Assembly (NCBI RefSeq): GCF_009914755.1
Contig: NC_060933.1
Origin: the human T2T-CHM13v2.0 reference genome, Homo sapiens
Reading direction: 5' to 3' (one strand)
Length of the DNA: 64,000 nucleotides
Made by a program: the position numbers and the translations under genes
The notes under the pieces: model-generated
The model's input: the letters and a program-made list of their open reading frames with translations, nothing else
The model's database searches: none
Told to the model about the DNA's origin: nothing
In this document: positions 1 through 17,341 of the stretch, one piece after another
Numbering within the stretch: the stretch's first letter is position 1
Layout of the letters: each line of letters opens with the position of its first letter

Positions 1-362
1 CCTCTAGGAGGGGGTCTACTCCTCTGTTCTTCACTCTGAAGAAGTATTTTGGGGAGGAATTTTCCAGAGGTGAGTTTGGTGGAAGAGTAGGGACAACAGT
101 GTGAACTAGTGATAGTGACAGAGGCATATAATTGAGACTGGCTAGAATGAGAGTCAACAGGCCTGGAAATAAATGTCAAGTATTGTAAGTGCTAGATGGG
201 AAGGATATTTTGGCCAACTAGGAGGGAAAGAAGGGATGAGATATCCTGTCCCATTCTGGAACAAATTCATACTCCTGGTGATTATGTAACTTCCATATCT
301 TGCAAAACTTTATGGGAAAGCCATTATATAAGATTTACTTTGATTTTAAAAAAAGTTCTTAC

Positions 363-563
363 AGCTTGAATCCACACAGAAATTAACTGCTGCAGTTCCA
401 TTCTCGCCTGAGTTGACAGTTCCAAGATGCGTTCTCTGTGCTCATGGCTGGTGTAGGCAGAATCAGTAAAGTCCTCCATACGCTCCAAGATGACTTCCAA
501 TGTCACAGAAAGGTTCTCTTTGGACTGAAAATAAAGATTCTCCCGAAGAGCTTCAATATTCAT
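363..563 (-). CDS. CTNNAL1: Alpha-catulin exon 7 (MNIEALRENLYFQS...VWIQA, 201 nt); gene continues left of the window
   Basis: Within ORF 324..590; CAG acceptor, GTAAGA donor. Confidence 0.96.
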
Positions 564-2724
564 CTGAGAACAAAAAGGACATCTATCCATCCATGTGAGT
601 CAATATTCCCACCTGACCAAAATGGGCTGTAATTTCTAACAGTGCCCAGGAAAACACTAGCATTTCCTTTTCCCAAGCTGAGGGGAAATACAGCCACCAA
701 TGATATCTATATTCGCCACTAACCCAGAAGGATACATTGCTCAAAAGCCTTCAATATCCATGCAAAGCACCATTCCTAGAGTAATTAATACAATGACATT
801 GCTATGAGATCAGTGAATACTAAGGCAGAAAGAGCATCATCCTCTAGCAACTGGCAGGAAAAATGAACCAGCCTCCAGGTAAAAGATTTGCATCTGAGAA
901 AATGCCTAGGCAAAGTCCTGGAAGATAAGTTACACCCAAATATGAAATGTGCTGAGCCCAGGGGGAAGGATGGTGTGGAAGATGTGGGGTGTGAGAAGCA
1001 CTGGGGAAGACATCCATTTTTCCTTTGTTAATTCAGCAAAGACTCTCCTAGTCACCTAACTGGTCTCCCTACATTTTGTTTAAAGTCCCCAACAGCACCT
1101 TACTGACCCAAACATCCTCTACCAGAGGGTCTGTATAATCTAAAATGTAAACCATCTGATACTGCCACCTCCCTCTAATAGCTCCTCGCCATCTATAGAG
1201 AATCAAGCCCAAACGTCTATGTAGTATAGCACAAAATCCTCTATGGCCTGTCTTTATATACTTCTCTAACAGTCTATCTCACCCCCTGAACCCCCTAACA
1301 ACCTTTCACTTCAGCCATCCTGTTTGGAGTTCCTTGACTATGTGATGAACACATGCTCATGTGTGCAGTCTTTCTCTCTCAGCTTTCTACGATGCATCAT
1401 GCCATTTCAACCCTGTAAAACACTACAGTCCATGAAATATGTCACACAGACAACTTGGGCCAAGAGGCAACAAGCGGTAATGATCATGATTATGGTCACA
1501 ATGAATGTGATAATAAGGATACCTTACATTTGTTTAACACTTCAAAGTCCTTTCACAAATGTTATTTTAATTAATCCTTATGTGTGACCCATTTTAACAT
1601 CATCCATGAAAATATCAAAGTTTGGGAAAGTCAAGATGCCATAGGAGAGTCCTTGCTTCCCCTCCTGCTCTTGGCCCAAGTTGTGTCAGGTGATCACTCC
1701 ATCCTAGGTAGACAGAAACTTGTATTTAAGCTAGGAAAGAATACAGATAATAGTAAGGTATGGAATTTACAATGGGGATCTTCTCAGAGAATTAAATTTA
1801 TTTTATTAATTTAAGAGAATTAAATTTGAGAATTTAAACAGAATTAAAACATAAAAATCAGTTATATTGGTCTCATACCATTTATGTTAAGGTTTTTTAT
1901 TTTCCCTTTAGAGAGAAAATATACATGTTTTTAGACAGCAACTTAGTGGAGTTTTGTGGGGTTTTTTTAAAGAGGCTATTTACTGATATGGTTTCATAAC
2001 ATTTGTCCATATATTCATGGTACCAAATACAGCAAAGTACCCAGTTTCCCTCCATAGATTATACTCTCCATCAGAAAAAAAGCAAGATGCCAAAGAGATA
2101 ATCATGGACAGTGAGACTGAGCCTATTTATAACAGCTCTGCCTCCAGCATGCCTGATGGCGAGAGGGCAGCAGCCAGAGCTGTCGGCAGCAGCCACAGGC
2201 AGAGCACTGCCCCTCCTTCACCTGCACCAGAAATGCAGCAGCAGGTGGTGAAAGATGTCTCTCACTTGACTTACTTGTTTCCCTAATTATCCTTTGACAA
2301 CACATCTCCTCCTTCAGCATTTATAAAAAGGGAAGATTAGAAAAATAATCTCTAAGATCTCTTTCAGCAATAAAATTTCTAAGAGAAGGTTTGGTCTGTA
2401 CAGTTTCTTTCCCCTCAGGAAGACTCAGTGGTAGGACTGGCATCATATAAACAAACCCAGAGGTGTAAAGTGAAAGGTCATGGACTTTGGGATTAGAGAA
2501 TCCTGGGCCTAAAGAAGGGTTCTACCACTTACTAGCTCTCCTCCTCAAAAAAAAAAGACAAAAAACAAAAAAAAAAAAAACAGTATATAATTATATCCAC
2601 CTAAAGGGCAGGTAGGGATTAAATAAAATATTTATTGAGAGCAAAAAGAGATATTCTTTCCATTACTGTCTTTTCACCCCATGTTCCTACTTAGACCTTC
2701 ACACAATTAGAAATCAAAGTCCAG

Positions 2725-3026
2725 GGCCAGGCGTGGTGGTTCACGCCTGTAATCCCAGCACTTTGGGAGGCCAAGGTGGGCGGATCACCTGAGGTCCGGA
2801 GTTCGAGACCAGCCTGGCCAACATGGCAAAACCCCATCTCTATTAAAAGTACAAAAATTAGCCGGCTGTGGTGGTGGGTGCCTGTAATCCAAGCTACTCA
2901 GGAGGCTGAGGCAGGACAATTGCTTGAACCCAGGAGGTGGAGGTTGCAGTGAGCCAAGATCGTGCCACCACACTCCAGCCCGAGAAACAAGAGTGAGACT
3001 CCATCTCAAAAATAAATAAATAAAAT
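2725..3026 (+). mobile_element. AluS
   Basis: Dimeric Alu; TSD AAATCAAAGT(C/G)CAG. Confidence 0.95.
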
Positions 3027-3843
3027 AAATCAAAGTGCAGTAAAATGGAAAGAATGCCATTCTCATCATAGCCCTGTCTGTTAGAGAGGTGGGAACCTTT
3101 AGCATTTGGATAACTTCTCAGGGCCTTAGTTTTCTGATCTGTTAAAGGAGGGCATTGTACTAGATGACTTCTTAGGGCCCTCCCAACTCAGACACTGCTC
3201 TTACCCAGAAAGCATCTTCACCATGTCTATGACTTCTGATGAGAAGTCAGACTTCCTGGAGTCACACTGCCTAGTTTCAAATCCCAACTCTGGTACTTAG
3301 TAGCCAGCAAGTTAATATCCTTTCTGTTTCTCAAGCTCCTCAACAGTGTAATGGAAATAATAGCAATAGTTCTTTGAGGATTATATAAGTTCATATATTT
3401 AAAGCACTCAGAAAAGGGCTGGCACAGACTAAGGACTCAATAACTGTTAGTGTGTATTACTGTTGATTTTTAAATTTTAATTATTACTAATACTATTACT
3501 ATAGTCTCAAAGTATCAACCCTCTAACACAGAGAAAAGCAGGAATTCTAGCAGAAATGATTTGCTGCTCACCATCATCCTATGGATGGTACTGCTCAAAA
3601 AGATATGGCACTGCTCAAAAAACAGGAAGGGAACATTCTTTTGAACAGGAGGCTACAGCTAAACCATACAGCTAAACAGAGCCAGAGTAGCTACTATAAC
3701 CAAAGACCAGTGTTCTTTGTAAATACACCTTTAATGTAAATATTACTGAGCAACAAGTTTGTACAGAGTGGCATTGCTTTAAATAGATACATTTGCTTTT
3801 GTGAAGCACTGTTCTAAAACATTACACAAAAATATGGATACTA

Positions 3844-4397
<554 letters not shown>

Positions 4398-5428
4398 CTT
4401 CAAAACAATTGAAAATTTTTATTTTAATATTTGATTTATGTCATAATGCACAAAAATCTTACAGAGAACATGTCATGCTAAGAAAAATGGTTCTTTACCA
4501 AAATCTCCTGGGTCCCTGGCTCACTCAGCTGCTTCTCCTCACTAAAGTGGAAGCAGGATGAGTAAAAAGCGATAGCAAGGTTAAATAAAAAATGCAGAGT
4601 GCAAAACTATACCTTTATACTTCAACAGTAAGTTTACTTAAAAATTTTTTAGGAAAAAATCTCTTTTCATCATGATTAAAACTATTTTAAATGTTGCCTT
4701 ACACATGCCAGAAATGAAAAAGAATGAAGAAAAATGAGATGATATATGATCATGGATGCATCTTGACTTTTAAAAAATGATGTAAATGAAAAACTCAAGG
4801 GCCTAGACAAAATAGAGTCTTCTGAGTGGGTTCCACGAAGTCTGTTTTTGTGGCTTCACTGATTCTAGCACGGGGTAAATACTCTCAGAAGAAAAGGTTA
4901 TTCCAAACAAACTGCTAAAGAGACATTTTACTCATTCATTCTAGAATTGCACCAATTTGCTGGCCAACTGCTGTTTGGAAATACTCTTGATTGATAATTT
5001 TGTTAAAAGTGGAAACAGGAATTAAAGGGTGAATTTACAGAATAAACTAAGTGCTGACTTCTTACTCCGCTGTATTTAACAGATCTTAACTTGTCTAGCT
5101 TTTTCTAGAGCATATGTGCTGGCTCCTCAATGAGACTGGAAAAACCCTGCAGGCAGCTACCATGTGTGACAGGCCTTAATTCATAGCACCTAATACACCA
5201 TGTTCTGCTGAGCTGTTCAATCAAAGCTGACTCATAAATTAGTTATTATTTGGAGTTGGGGAAGAAAGTTAGCATTCTTATAAATAATAACTGAGATTTA
5301 ACTATTCAGGCCTATGTTCTAAGTAATCACTTTGATCTTTTTTAAAATGTAAATTATGTAAGTTAAATGCATTTAGTCGGGTGTTCTAATTATTAATTTA
5401 TTACACAGTAAAACCAAAATTGTCTTAC

Positions 5429-5518
5429 CTTTGAAGCTGTGAGAAGCATCATTGTACACTTTTCAAGAACTGCCCTAGCTGCTGCCATTTTTGCCTTTTT
5501 CTTTTCATCTTTCAAATC
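5429..5518 (-). CDS. CTNNAL1: Alpha-catulin exon 5 (DLKDEKKKAKMAAARAVLEKCTMMLLTASK, 90 nt)
   Basis: Manual translation; TAG acceptor, AAG|GTAAGA donor; family motif MAAARA.L. Confidence 0.96.
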
Positions 5519-6253
5519 CTAAATATGAAATAAAATCACGGAGGAGTCTAAGACCATGTGAACAACCCAATTTCTTAAAAAAGTATTTATTCAACACTAA
5601 TACTCAAGAATTCACTAACATTGTTAAGTGAAAAAAAAAAAAAAACCAGGATAAAGTTTTACAAACTGTCACTGCTTCAATATAAACACATCAACACAAT
5701 ATGAGTAGAAAGAAAAAGCTACTCTTAGTAAGGGCTAGAGAGCCAGAAACTGAGACACAGGTAGAGGCTGCACATGGCTGACATTCTGGTGTTCTGTCAT
5801 ACCTGACATTCTCACGTCAAATGCACACACTGCGTCCTAACCAGAAACACCCAGCCTATGTCTTACCTAATTAAAAGTAAATTGTCTACTGAGCATCTAT
5901 TGACTATTATTTCCTTCAAAACAGACACTTAAAAGTCGATTCTTTAAGGAGCCTCGTCTAATTAATCCCATCTAACTGCTATGCATCTCAAATTGGGGTT
6001 CGTTTGTCTTAATCTTAATCAATATGCTGCTCTGAAATATTCTTAAGATGTTTCTTGGGTAGATAATTTTCCCCAACAAGATTGAAAAGGAACACCTAAG
6101 AAAGCACTGTGTATTGAATTTGTTTTGGTGGGGGGTGACTTCTCCTCACAGAGCCCTCAATAGAATGTGTGCTATTCACATGAGGTAGCCAAAGTTTGCT
6201 GATCAAATCTACAACAAAATACTCTGTTAATAATTTGGTTATTATATCTAAAT

Positions 6254-6460
6254 CAGAGGTGGGCAATACTTTCAATTAAAGCCCAGATAAACATTTGAGG
6301 CCTTCTGAGCTATATGGTCTCCATCACAGCTACTCAATTCTGTCATTGTAGTGTGAAAGCAAACAGAGACAATACACAAATAAATAAGAACAGCTGTGTT
6401 CCAAGAAAACTTTATGTATGGACATTGAAATTTGAATTACATAAAATTTTTCCCTGTCAC
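6254..6460. mobile_element. MER58 (hAT-Charlie) fragment
   Basis: ACAGCTACTCAATTCTGTCATTGTAGTGTGAAAGCA...CTGTGTTCCAAGAAAACTTTAT. Confidence 0.75.
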
Positions 6461-7103
6461 GTTAGCCTTTTTTATTTGTAAGTTAGGTTAAAGGCCCCTT
6501 CTTACAAATAAGTAAAACCTAAAGTTTGAGAATGATTTGCCTTTGAAAGTAAATTTGCTTGAATAAATTAGAATGGATTCAGAAGTTAGTCCTACACAAT
6601 AATATCACTCTCACTCACTTGCATCCCAATATAGATTTAATAAAAGATAGAGATGGAATTACAAATAGTGTACGACAAAGTGCATATAACCCCAAAGCTA
6701 ATGCAGATCACATCCCAAAGAACTGTGTCCTATATGTGAGTATCATCCATCATGGGTACCTATCAGATAAAGGCTGAGGTTGCTTATAAAATTTCCACCC
6801 ATTCCTCTTGTCTTTAACATTTTGGACAGGACTCCTTTCAAAACCACCTGTGGGTCTAGCTGACAATGCATCAAGTGTGTATGCCATACCTGACACTTAC
6901 AAGCCACATATGACACCATAGGCTGTATGGTGATAACAAGCGACAGAAAAAGATGGCATCTCAACCTGGAAAGGGCTGGTCCACAGGACAAAACAGAGGC
7001 GTCCATAAAACCCAGATGGTCCATGAAGCACTAAGCGAAGCATCCCAATACCTCCAGAAGTATTTTCCCAGACTTGGGTAAGGCTGTCACTACTGCCACT
7101 TTC

Positions 7104-9159
<2,056 letters not shown>

Positions 9160-9176
9160 CACCACTGCCACTTTCT

Positions 9177-9950
<774 letters not shown>

Positions 9951-10809
9951 CTGAGAATGCACCTGACCTATAGCTCTTTGCAGGATATTTTGACTATTCT
10001 AAAGGAGAAAGCATTTGAACCCTGGATGCATATTCCAAAAAAGTGACCCAGGAGTAGCACTTATCAAACACAGATGATAAAAAGGCTGCCAGTAAGTTTC
10101 AGGGGTCCCACATTTAATGAGCTAAATTGCTAAAAATAGATACCACTTCAGCCAGAAGTTTTTAAATGTTGGATCACAATATTACAAGAATTGAGAAAAA
10201 TAAAATGTTCTCCATGCCAAATTTCTAACTACAAATCAAAATGATGGTGAAAGTTTTTCAGTTATGTCCAGAAGCTGAAGAGGATCCTGTAGGAAGTGTA
10301 ACTGAAGGATGGTAGCTTTAGAACCTATGACTCATGCCACGCTTGCTCAAGTGATCAAGAAAATGCTAGATTATAAGCTACTATTATTATAAAAATACTC
10401 AGGCTAATAATTATCATTGGGGAGAATGAGGAGAAGAAGGAAGATTAAGAGAAAGAGAAGGAAAAGAAAGAAAATTTGTTTTATAAAGAACAATAATGGC
10501 AGACAGAAAATGAAACAACAAGGTACCTGCCTATAGAAACACCATTGGTATTACAAACCAATGCCATTATTTAGCCTGCCACTTGCCAGACCAATACCCA
10601 TTTTTCAACTCCAGCTGCAATTGGGAAAGTTCATATCAAAAACTGAGAGACTAGCCTATGGGACTACACCCAGAACCATCCCAAGAAATGGTCAATTATT
10701 ATATATATTTAACCTGCCAACAAGACAGACTCCTACACAAATACCCCAACAAGGAAAAGTCAATCCTAGACATAATATGATCTTCCATCTCCCAAAACTG
10801 AGGAGCTTA

Positions 10810-11329
<520 letters not shown>

Positions 11330-11807
11330 TTAAATGAGATCATGTATATTAAGTACCTAACACATAGGCAGTGCAAATAAATAATGGCTTGGGTTATTAC
11401 TATTAATCTAATACGGTAAGAATAACAAATATCTAACAAGATACTATAAGAATACATATGATGACTCAATTTTATGTGCCTGAGCCCTAGTAGAGGAATC
11501 AAATGGAAAGCTTCATAAAAGAGAAAGTAACCAAATAAAAGGAAGAAGTACTTGAGTTGAGCCCTGATAGCAAGTATGACCTTTCCCAGTGTGTGAGGTG
11601 GGAACAAAATTAACTGTTATAAATGTACAAAAAAAGACATATAGATCTACTTACTTTATCCTGGCTTATCTATGAAAGGCTTTCAAGACCAAGGCTATAG
11701 ACTTAATAAGCAAAGAAACCAGTCCAAACAATCCTAACGATCATACCTCCATCCAAACTAAAAAGTATGTATTTATCTGAAGATTGTAAAATGTGATGAA
11801 TACATAC

Positions 11808-11927
11808 ATTTTGTCTATCTCCACTCAGATGTGCAAACTCCACCATTTCATTTCCAAATTGACTGAATATTTGGACAAACTCTTGAAAGCTATTCACTTT
11901 CTCTAGTCTTTCCATAGTTGCGAGAAC
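11808..11927 (-). CDS. CTNNAL1: Alpha-catulin exon 4 (VLATMERLE...SGDRQN, 120 nt)
   Basis: Within ORF 11703..11933; TTGCAG acceptor, GTATGT donor. Confidence 0.96.
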
Positions 11928-13486
11928 CTGCAAAACAGATAATAATTCATTATTTGGTGATAGCTACTCAAGAGACTGAGATTGTCAAGGCTGAGTAGAG
12001 AGAAGAAAAGGAAAATTCTGAATTCTAGGTGAAAGCTGAGGAGGAGGAGCCAGATAGAAGACACACAAGGGGATGCTCAGAGAAGTAGAAGTAGATTCAA
12101 GGCACAGAATTATTAGGGGAATGATTTGTTTATATGATGAGATTTTGAGTTACTTGAAAAGGAAAAGGAAAAAGAATAAAAGAAATGACTACATATACAA
12201 AGGAAGGGATCATTTATGTAGCCAAGTCTAAAAGGTGGGAATGGGCAGGACCACAGTAATCAAATCTTCAGAGAACTGGGAAGGGGTGAGGATGAAAGTC
12301 AGCACACACAAGCTTTAAGGTTCAGTGAACCAGGATGACAGGAACCCTAACATTCTCAGGAAAGCAGAAGGAACCTCATCATCTTCAGAGTATAGAGTCG
12401 AAAGGGAAGTGTGGGACTTTAAGGGTGGGAAAATTAGTCTGGCTCAGTCAGGAATGGGCCATCAGGGGTGAATAAAGAGTGTGTGAATCTGGTAGAGCCA
12501 GTGACTAAAATGTTATGTGTTTTCTTGATGTAAGAAACAAAGTAAATAGATGTGAAACATATTTTCAAATACTTTTCTTTAAAATAACATTATTAGATTG
12601 TTTTAGTCGCAACAAGATAAGTTAAAAAAAACACAGATATCCTCTGTTTACTTATTTTTCCTGAGAATATGATGAATATTTGGCATGTTAATCTGCCCTG
12701 GCAGCTCAGGAAGTTCAGGCGACTAACACTGATAAGGCACGTTGCCACCACTGTGAGAACCTCCATCTTTCAAAGAGGGGAAGGTTGTTTGTATTTCTCC
12801 AGCGCTGCCAGATCCACCTCTCCAATTTCTGATTCATTCAACACTTATCAAGTGGTTTTATCCTCAAATCCTCTAGGACAACTCCTTCCCTGGCCAACTG
12901 CTCTCCTCTTTGCCTAGGGAATTATCCAAAGCAAGAAGTGATCGTACATACCCTGGATTCCCAGATGATCATGGAGCATGACCATCATCTGAGAGATTAA
13001 CTTCTGGACTGGAAGAGTTTAAATCTGTTCTGTAAGTTTTGAGATTATTCAGTAACATTTAGGGACTCTGAGTACAGAAATTTTGTAGCTGTGGATAATT
13101 ATCATTTCCACTGATTTAACTGTGTCTTAAGTTATATATTGTTAGTCTCTGATTTGGGAGGGAAAAAAAGTACAGAAGAATTCAGTATTTTTATCAACTA
13201 GGTTTCTGCTACATACATTATCATAGTGCTCACCTTTTCTTTCCAAATGTTGTACACATTTAAAGCTTTTACCAATAAGCCTTAACAAGTGGATAATGAT
13301 TCTCTAAGAGGAGACATTACTTGCATTCAAAAGTTTAGGCACAGCATACCCATCATTTAAGAATTGCACATATAGAAGAAACACTACTTTTAAACTACAG
13401 ACAGAGTTATAAACAATTATAATAGACAAGCATTGCCAAATTACTTACAATTAACCTAAAAAGAACTTTTCTTTTTTTTTTTTTTT

Positions 13487-13650
13487 AAGCAACGCTCAGA
13501 CATGCATAGCCCCGGGAGGAACCCAGGGCCACAAGTGCATTCAACGTACAGATGATCAGTGTGTCAATGTATCCTGCATTGCACATTAATTCCCACAGCT
13601 AGCTGCATTCTTCATCGACACACAAGCCAAGCAATCCACCACTAAGAGTC
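13487..13650 (-). pseudogene. 5.8S rRNA retropseudogene, full length, with A15 tail and TSD (probably RNA5-8SP3)
   Basis: Reverse complement GACTCTTAGTGGTGGAT...GTCGATGAAGAATGCAGCTAGCTG...GGGTTCCTCCCGGGGCTA..GTCTGAGCGTTGCTT matches 5.8S end to end; TSD TAAAAAG(A/C)ACTTT at 13457-69 and 13652-64. Confidence 0.93.
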
Positions 13651-13712
13651 ATAAAAAGCACTTTGAACAACACAGAAAGACAAAAATACAGCAACATCAG
13701 AAAGGTAAGTAC

Positions 13713-13900
13713 CTTATTTCTTGATGTTATTATCTGTTTAATGACTACTCGGTCTGCCAGCAACAACACTTTTGTCACTGAAGAAAGAAGTAATCTTGCA
13801 GCCTTTATCACTCCTGTTTTGTCTGTAAAAATTGTGATCTGCCCATCAGATTCCAGATGGTTCAAGTTGGTTATGTCTGTAAGTGCTGCAATTGTTTCTC
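13713..13900 (-). CDS. CTNNAL1: Alpha-catulin exon 3 (GETIAALTD...IITSRNK, 188 nt)
   Basis: Within ORF 13599..13907; AARLLLSSVTKVLLLAD alpha-catenin motif; AG/GT boundaries, phase 1 to 0. Confidence 0.96.
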
Positions 13901-15028
13901 CTAACAAGAAAGACGAGGGGAGAAAGTTAAACAGGCATACAAATTAAAATCTAGACTTCTCTCTAACCTTGAAGGTAAGGCACAATGAGGAGAAACTCAG
14001 CTTTGGAGTCTTACTTCAGGAACAAGAAACGGTTTCACCTTGACGATTGTAGGGATTATCATACAAAGCTTTCTAACCAGAAAATATAGCACACTCTTAA
14101 GAACTGTGACAAATTTTGCCCTCACCCAGTTTGAAAAACATCATAATTTTTGTTTCCAGTGGTAATGCAAACTACACAATCTAAAAGCCTCCTGCCCTAC
14201 AAGACAGTAAGAGAAATCCCATGAGTCAAAAACCAAAGAATACCCTAAAACCCGAGCAGTAAGCAGGTGCCAAGGCTTGGGCTGGGGCGAAGCCGGGGAG
14301 AAGTCAGGGGTCACTGCCAATCTCCACAAGCTGAACGGCCTTGGGTTTTCACCCTTGGGTTTTCACGGATCCTCAGAGAGAGAAAAAAGACAGGGCTTTA
14401 GGCCCCAAGGGATGACATCTTCAATATAATGGGGGCCCGGAAAGAACTGTCAATAGGCAAAAAGAAACAATAAGGAAGTTTGTCTGTCAGTCAGCCTGGA
14501 CTTTGGGTGGGGAAAGTAAACAAAACAAAAGCCTCCCTCCTGAGAATTCAAACCACAGGCTGGCCCTCATTTAGGCTACAGTTTGAATTTATATAAACTT
14601 CTTATGATGCCCAGCATAAACCATTCTATTAATTGAACTCCCAACCCTCTAGAAAAATTATCTTCTTCACTGTTGCTATCAAAACTTTTGATTTCTGTAA
14701 TGGTAATTATCTACTAATAAAACAATCCAAGTATTCTTGTATTATAATACAAGGCTACAATATTCTTCAAACCTCCATACTGTTAAAAAGATTTTTAAAA
14801 TAATAAACCTTTAACCAACTTATGGTGTTCAAGATCATTTTTTAAAGTCCTAAATATACCTGTGTGCCTAATGGATTGATTTTCTTACAAAAGCCCTCCT
14901 GTCAATTCTATTACATACACACAATAATGTGTCAGCTCATAGGCTAAGGATCTTGAGTAAAAAGTACTGGAATCTTAATGGAGAGGCCACAGGGTGAAGT
15001 ATAAGTCAAGGTTTGGAAAGATCAGTCT

Positions 15029-15322
15029 GGCAGGCACAGTGGCTCACACCTGTAATCCTAGCACTTTAGGAGGCCGAGGCGGGTGGATCACCTGAGGTCA
15101 GGAGTTCAAGACAAGCCTGGCCAACATGGCGAAACTCGGTCTCTACTAAAAAAATACAAAAATTAGCCAGGTGTGGTGGCAGGGGCCTGTAATCCCAGCT
15201 ACTCAGGAGGCTGAGGCAGAGAATCGCTTGGACCTGGGAAGCGGAGGTTGCAGTCAGCTGAGATGGCGCCACTGCACTTCAGCCTGGGTGACAGAGTGAG
15301 ACTTGGTCTCAAAAAAAAAAAA
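15029..15322 (+). mobile_element. AluS
   Basis: TSD GAAAGATCAGTCT. Confidence 0.95.
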
Positions 15323-15731
15323 GAAAGATCAGTCTAGTAGGAGTACATAAAATAGAATGGAAAGGAAAGACTTAGAGCCAGGCTATTGTATCAATTGTGG
15401 GTGTGAAATAGTAGGGACCTTACTAGTATAGTAGCCATAGGAACATTAAGAAGATGATTTGGGAAACATTAAGAAAACACAAAATTAGTACCTGACCAAT
15501 GATAAGAAGGAAAGAACGAGTAAAAAAATGGCCTCAAAGTTGTAAACCTAAGTTGCTTAAAGAAAATCGAAGGGCATTGGAAGAGAGATGATAATTTTAC
15601 TGTCAGACAACAGGAGTTTGAAATAACACAGGAATACACCAAAGATAAGTCGCAAGACATGGACTGGTAATGCAGACTTGGATGTCTTGTGTATAATGAC
15701 AATAGCTGAAGCTCTACAGATAGAGGAATTC

Positions 15732-16248
15732 TGTGGTAGCCAGCCTTCAAGATCGCTCCCCATGATCCCCACCTACTGTTATTGACAACCTTGTGCTGTC
15801 TGTCCCCTCCCACATCATACCAGGGTTGGTATGGTGGAAGTGGTGGTATGTCACTCCCAAGCTTAGGTTCTAAAATAACTGAGGCAGCTGTCTGGGTTGC
15901 TCTCTCTCTCTGAGAGAGGCCAGTTGCCATGTCATAAGCAGCCCTTACTACACAGATAACTACGTGGAGAGGAAGTGAGGCCTCCAGCCAACAGCCAGCA
16001 AGGAAGTGAAGCCTGCCAACAACCATGAGAGGGAGGCTGGAAGCAGACCTGCAGTGCACTCAAGCTTCCAGGTAACAGAGGCCTGGTCAACACACTGACC
16101 GCTACCTCATGAGACACACTGACCCTGAGCCACCCAGTGAAGCCACTCCCTGATTGGTGCCCTCTCAAAAACTGACATAGTAAATGTTTGTGGTTTTAAG
16201 TTGCTAAGTTTGGGTTAATTTGTTACACAGAAATAGGTAGCTAATACA
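15732..16248 (+). mobile_element. MLT1 (E/F/G-like) LTR
   Basis: TGTGGTAGCCAGCCTTCAAGAT...TTTAAGTTGCTAAGTTTGGG..TAGCTAATACA. Confidence 0.75.
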
Positions 16249-17044
16249 GAGTTTTCATAGCAAAGAACAGAGAACAAAAGTGCTTAGAATTAACCTTAAG
16301 GCATACAGAAAGGGCAGGAGGAAAAGTATCAGTTTGCATCCTATCATTAATAGCTAAAAGGATAAAAATGTTTCCTCTGATCCTCTGGAAAATGTTAATT
16401 TTTTTCTACACCTCTCAACCACAAAGGATACGACATATAAGCCTGCACATATGGCATTATTCAACCTTTCCTTTTTCTGACTAGACCCCAGGCATTTAAC
16501 TCATAAGTACGTGGGACAGTAACATTTGGTTGGCTCCACCAACATGGGCAAATGCTTTCTTAACATTATAAAGTTGTTCAAAGTGTAAACTGTTCAGAAA
16601 TCAGTTCCCTAAAAAAGTAACAAAGCTGTCTTACAGCTTCACAGGTATCATTTTTAATTTATTATATGTCATTACTAGTGCTGTGCCTTAATAGGAAAAC
16701 CCAAGGTCAATCAAACACAAATATTTGTTGAACTTCCATATAAAACATAAATATAAACCTTGCCTGGTAGCCAAGTAAAAAGCAACAATACAATGTAAGA
16801 GTTCAACACAGGGAAGTAAGAATAAAAATTAATTATAATAATAACAACTAATATTTATTGAGCACTTACTATGTGTGAAATGATAGATGCATTATATCAA
16901 AACACCTCTATAAACCCTAACAGTCTCATTTTATAGATGAGAACACTGAGGTTTAGAAATGTTTAATAGATTGCCCAATATACCCTGCTTGCAAGTAGAA
17001 GCACTAGGATTAAAGTCTAGGCAATCTGACCCTAAGACTTTAGT

Positions 17045-17341
17045 GTTTTTTTTTTTGAGACAGGGTCTCTCTCTGTCATCTCCCAGGCTGGAGTGCAGTG
17101 GCACCATCACTGCTCACTGCAACCTCAACCTCCTTGGGCTCAAAAAATCCTCCCATCTCAGCCTCCCAAGTAGCTGGGACTGGAGGCACGCACCACCACA
17201 CCTGGCTATTTTTTTTTCTTATGTTTTGTAGAGACAGGGACTCATTATGTTGCCCAGGTTGGTCTCAAACACAGCTCAAGCGATCCACCCGCCTTGGCCT
17301 CCAAGTGTTGGGATTACAGGTGTGAGCAACTGCACCCAGCC
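17045..17341 (-). mobile_element. AluJ
   Basis: GGGCTCAA/CCTCCCA J-type diagnostics. Confidence 0.9.

Noticed and set aside
522-542. TEV site as vector or engineering contamination
   Set aside because: In frame within a normally spliced exon with continuous alpha-catulin sequence; no tag, linker or vector sequence nearby.
13578-13588. ATTGCACATTA (miR-32 nt 2-12) inside the 5.8S pseudogene
   Set aside because: Intronic and created by pseudogene decay; most likely coincidence.
15469-16059. 196-aa ORF
   Set aside because: Lies across MLT1 LTR and adjacent old repeat sequence; not protein-like.
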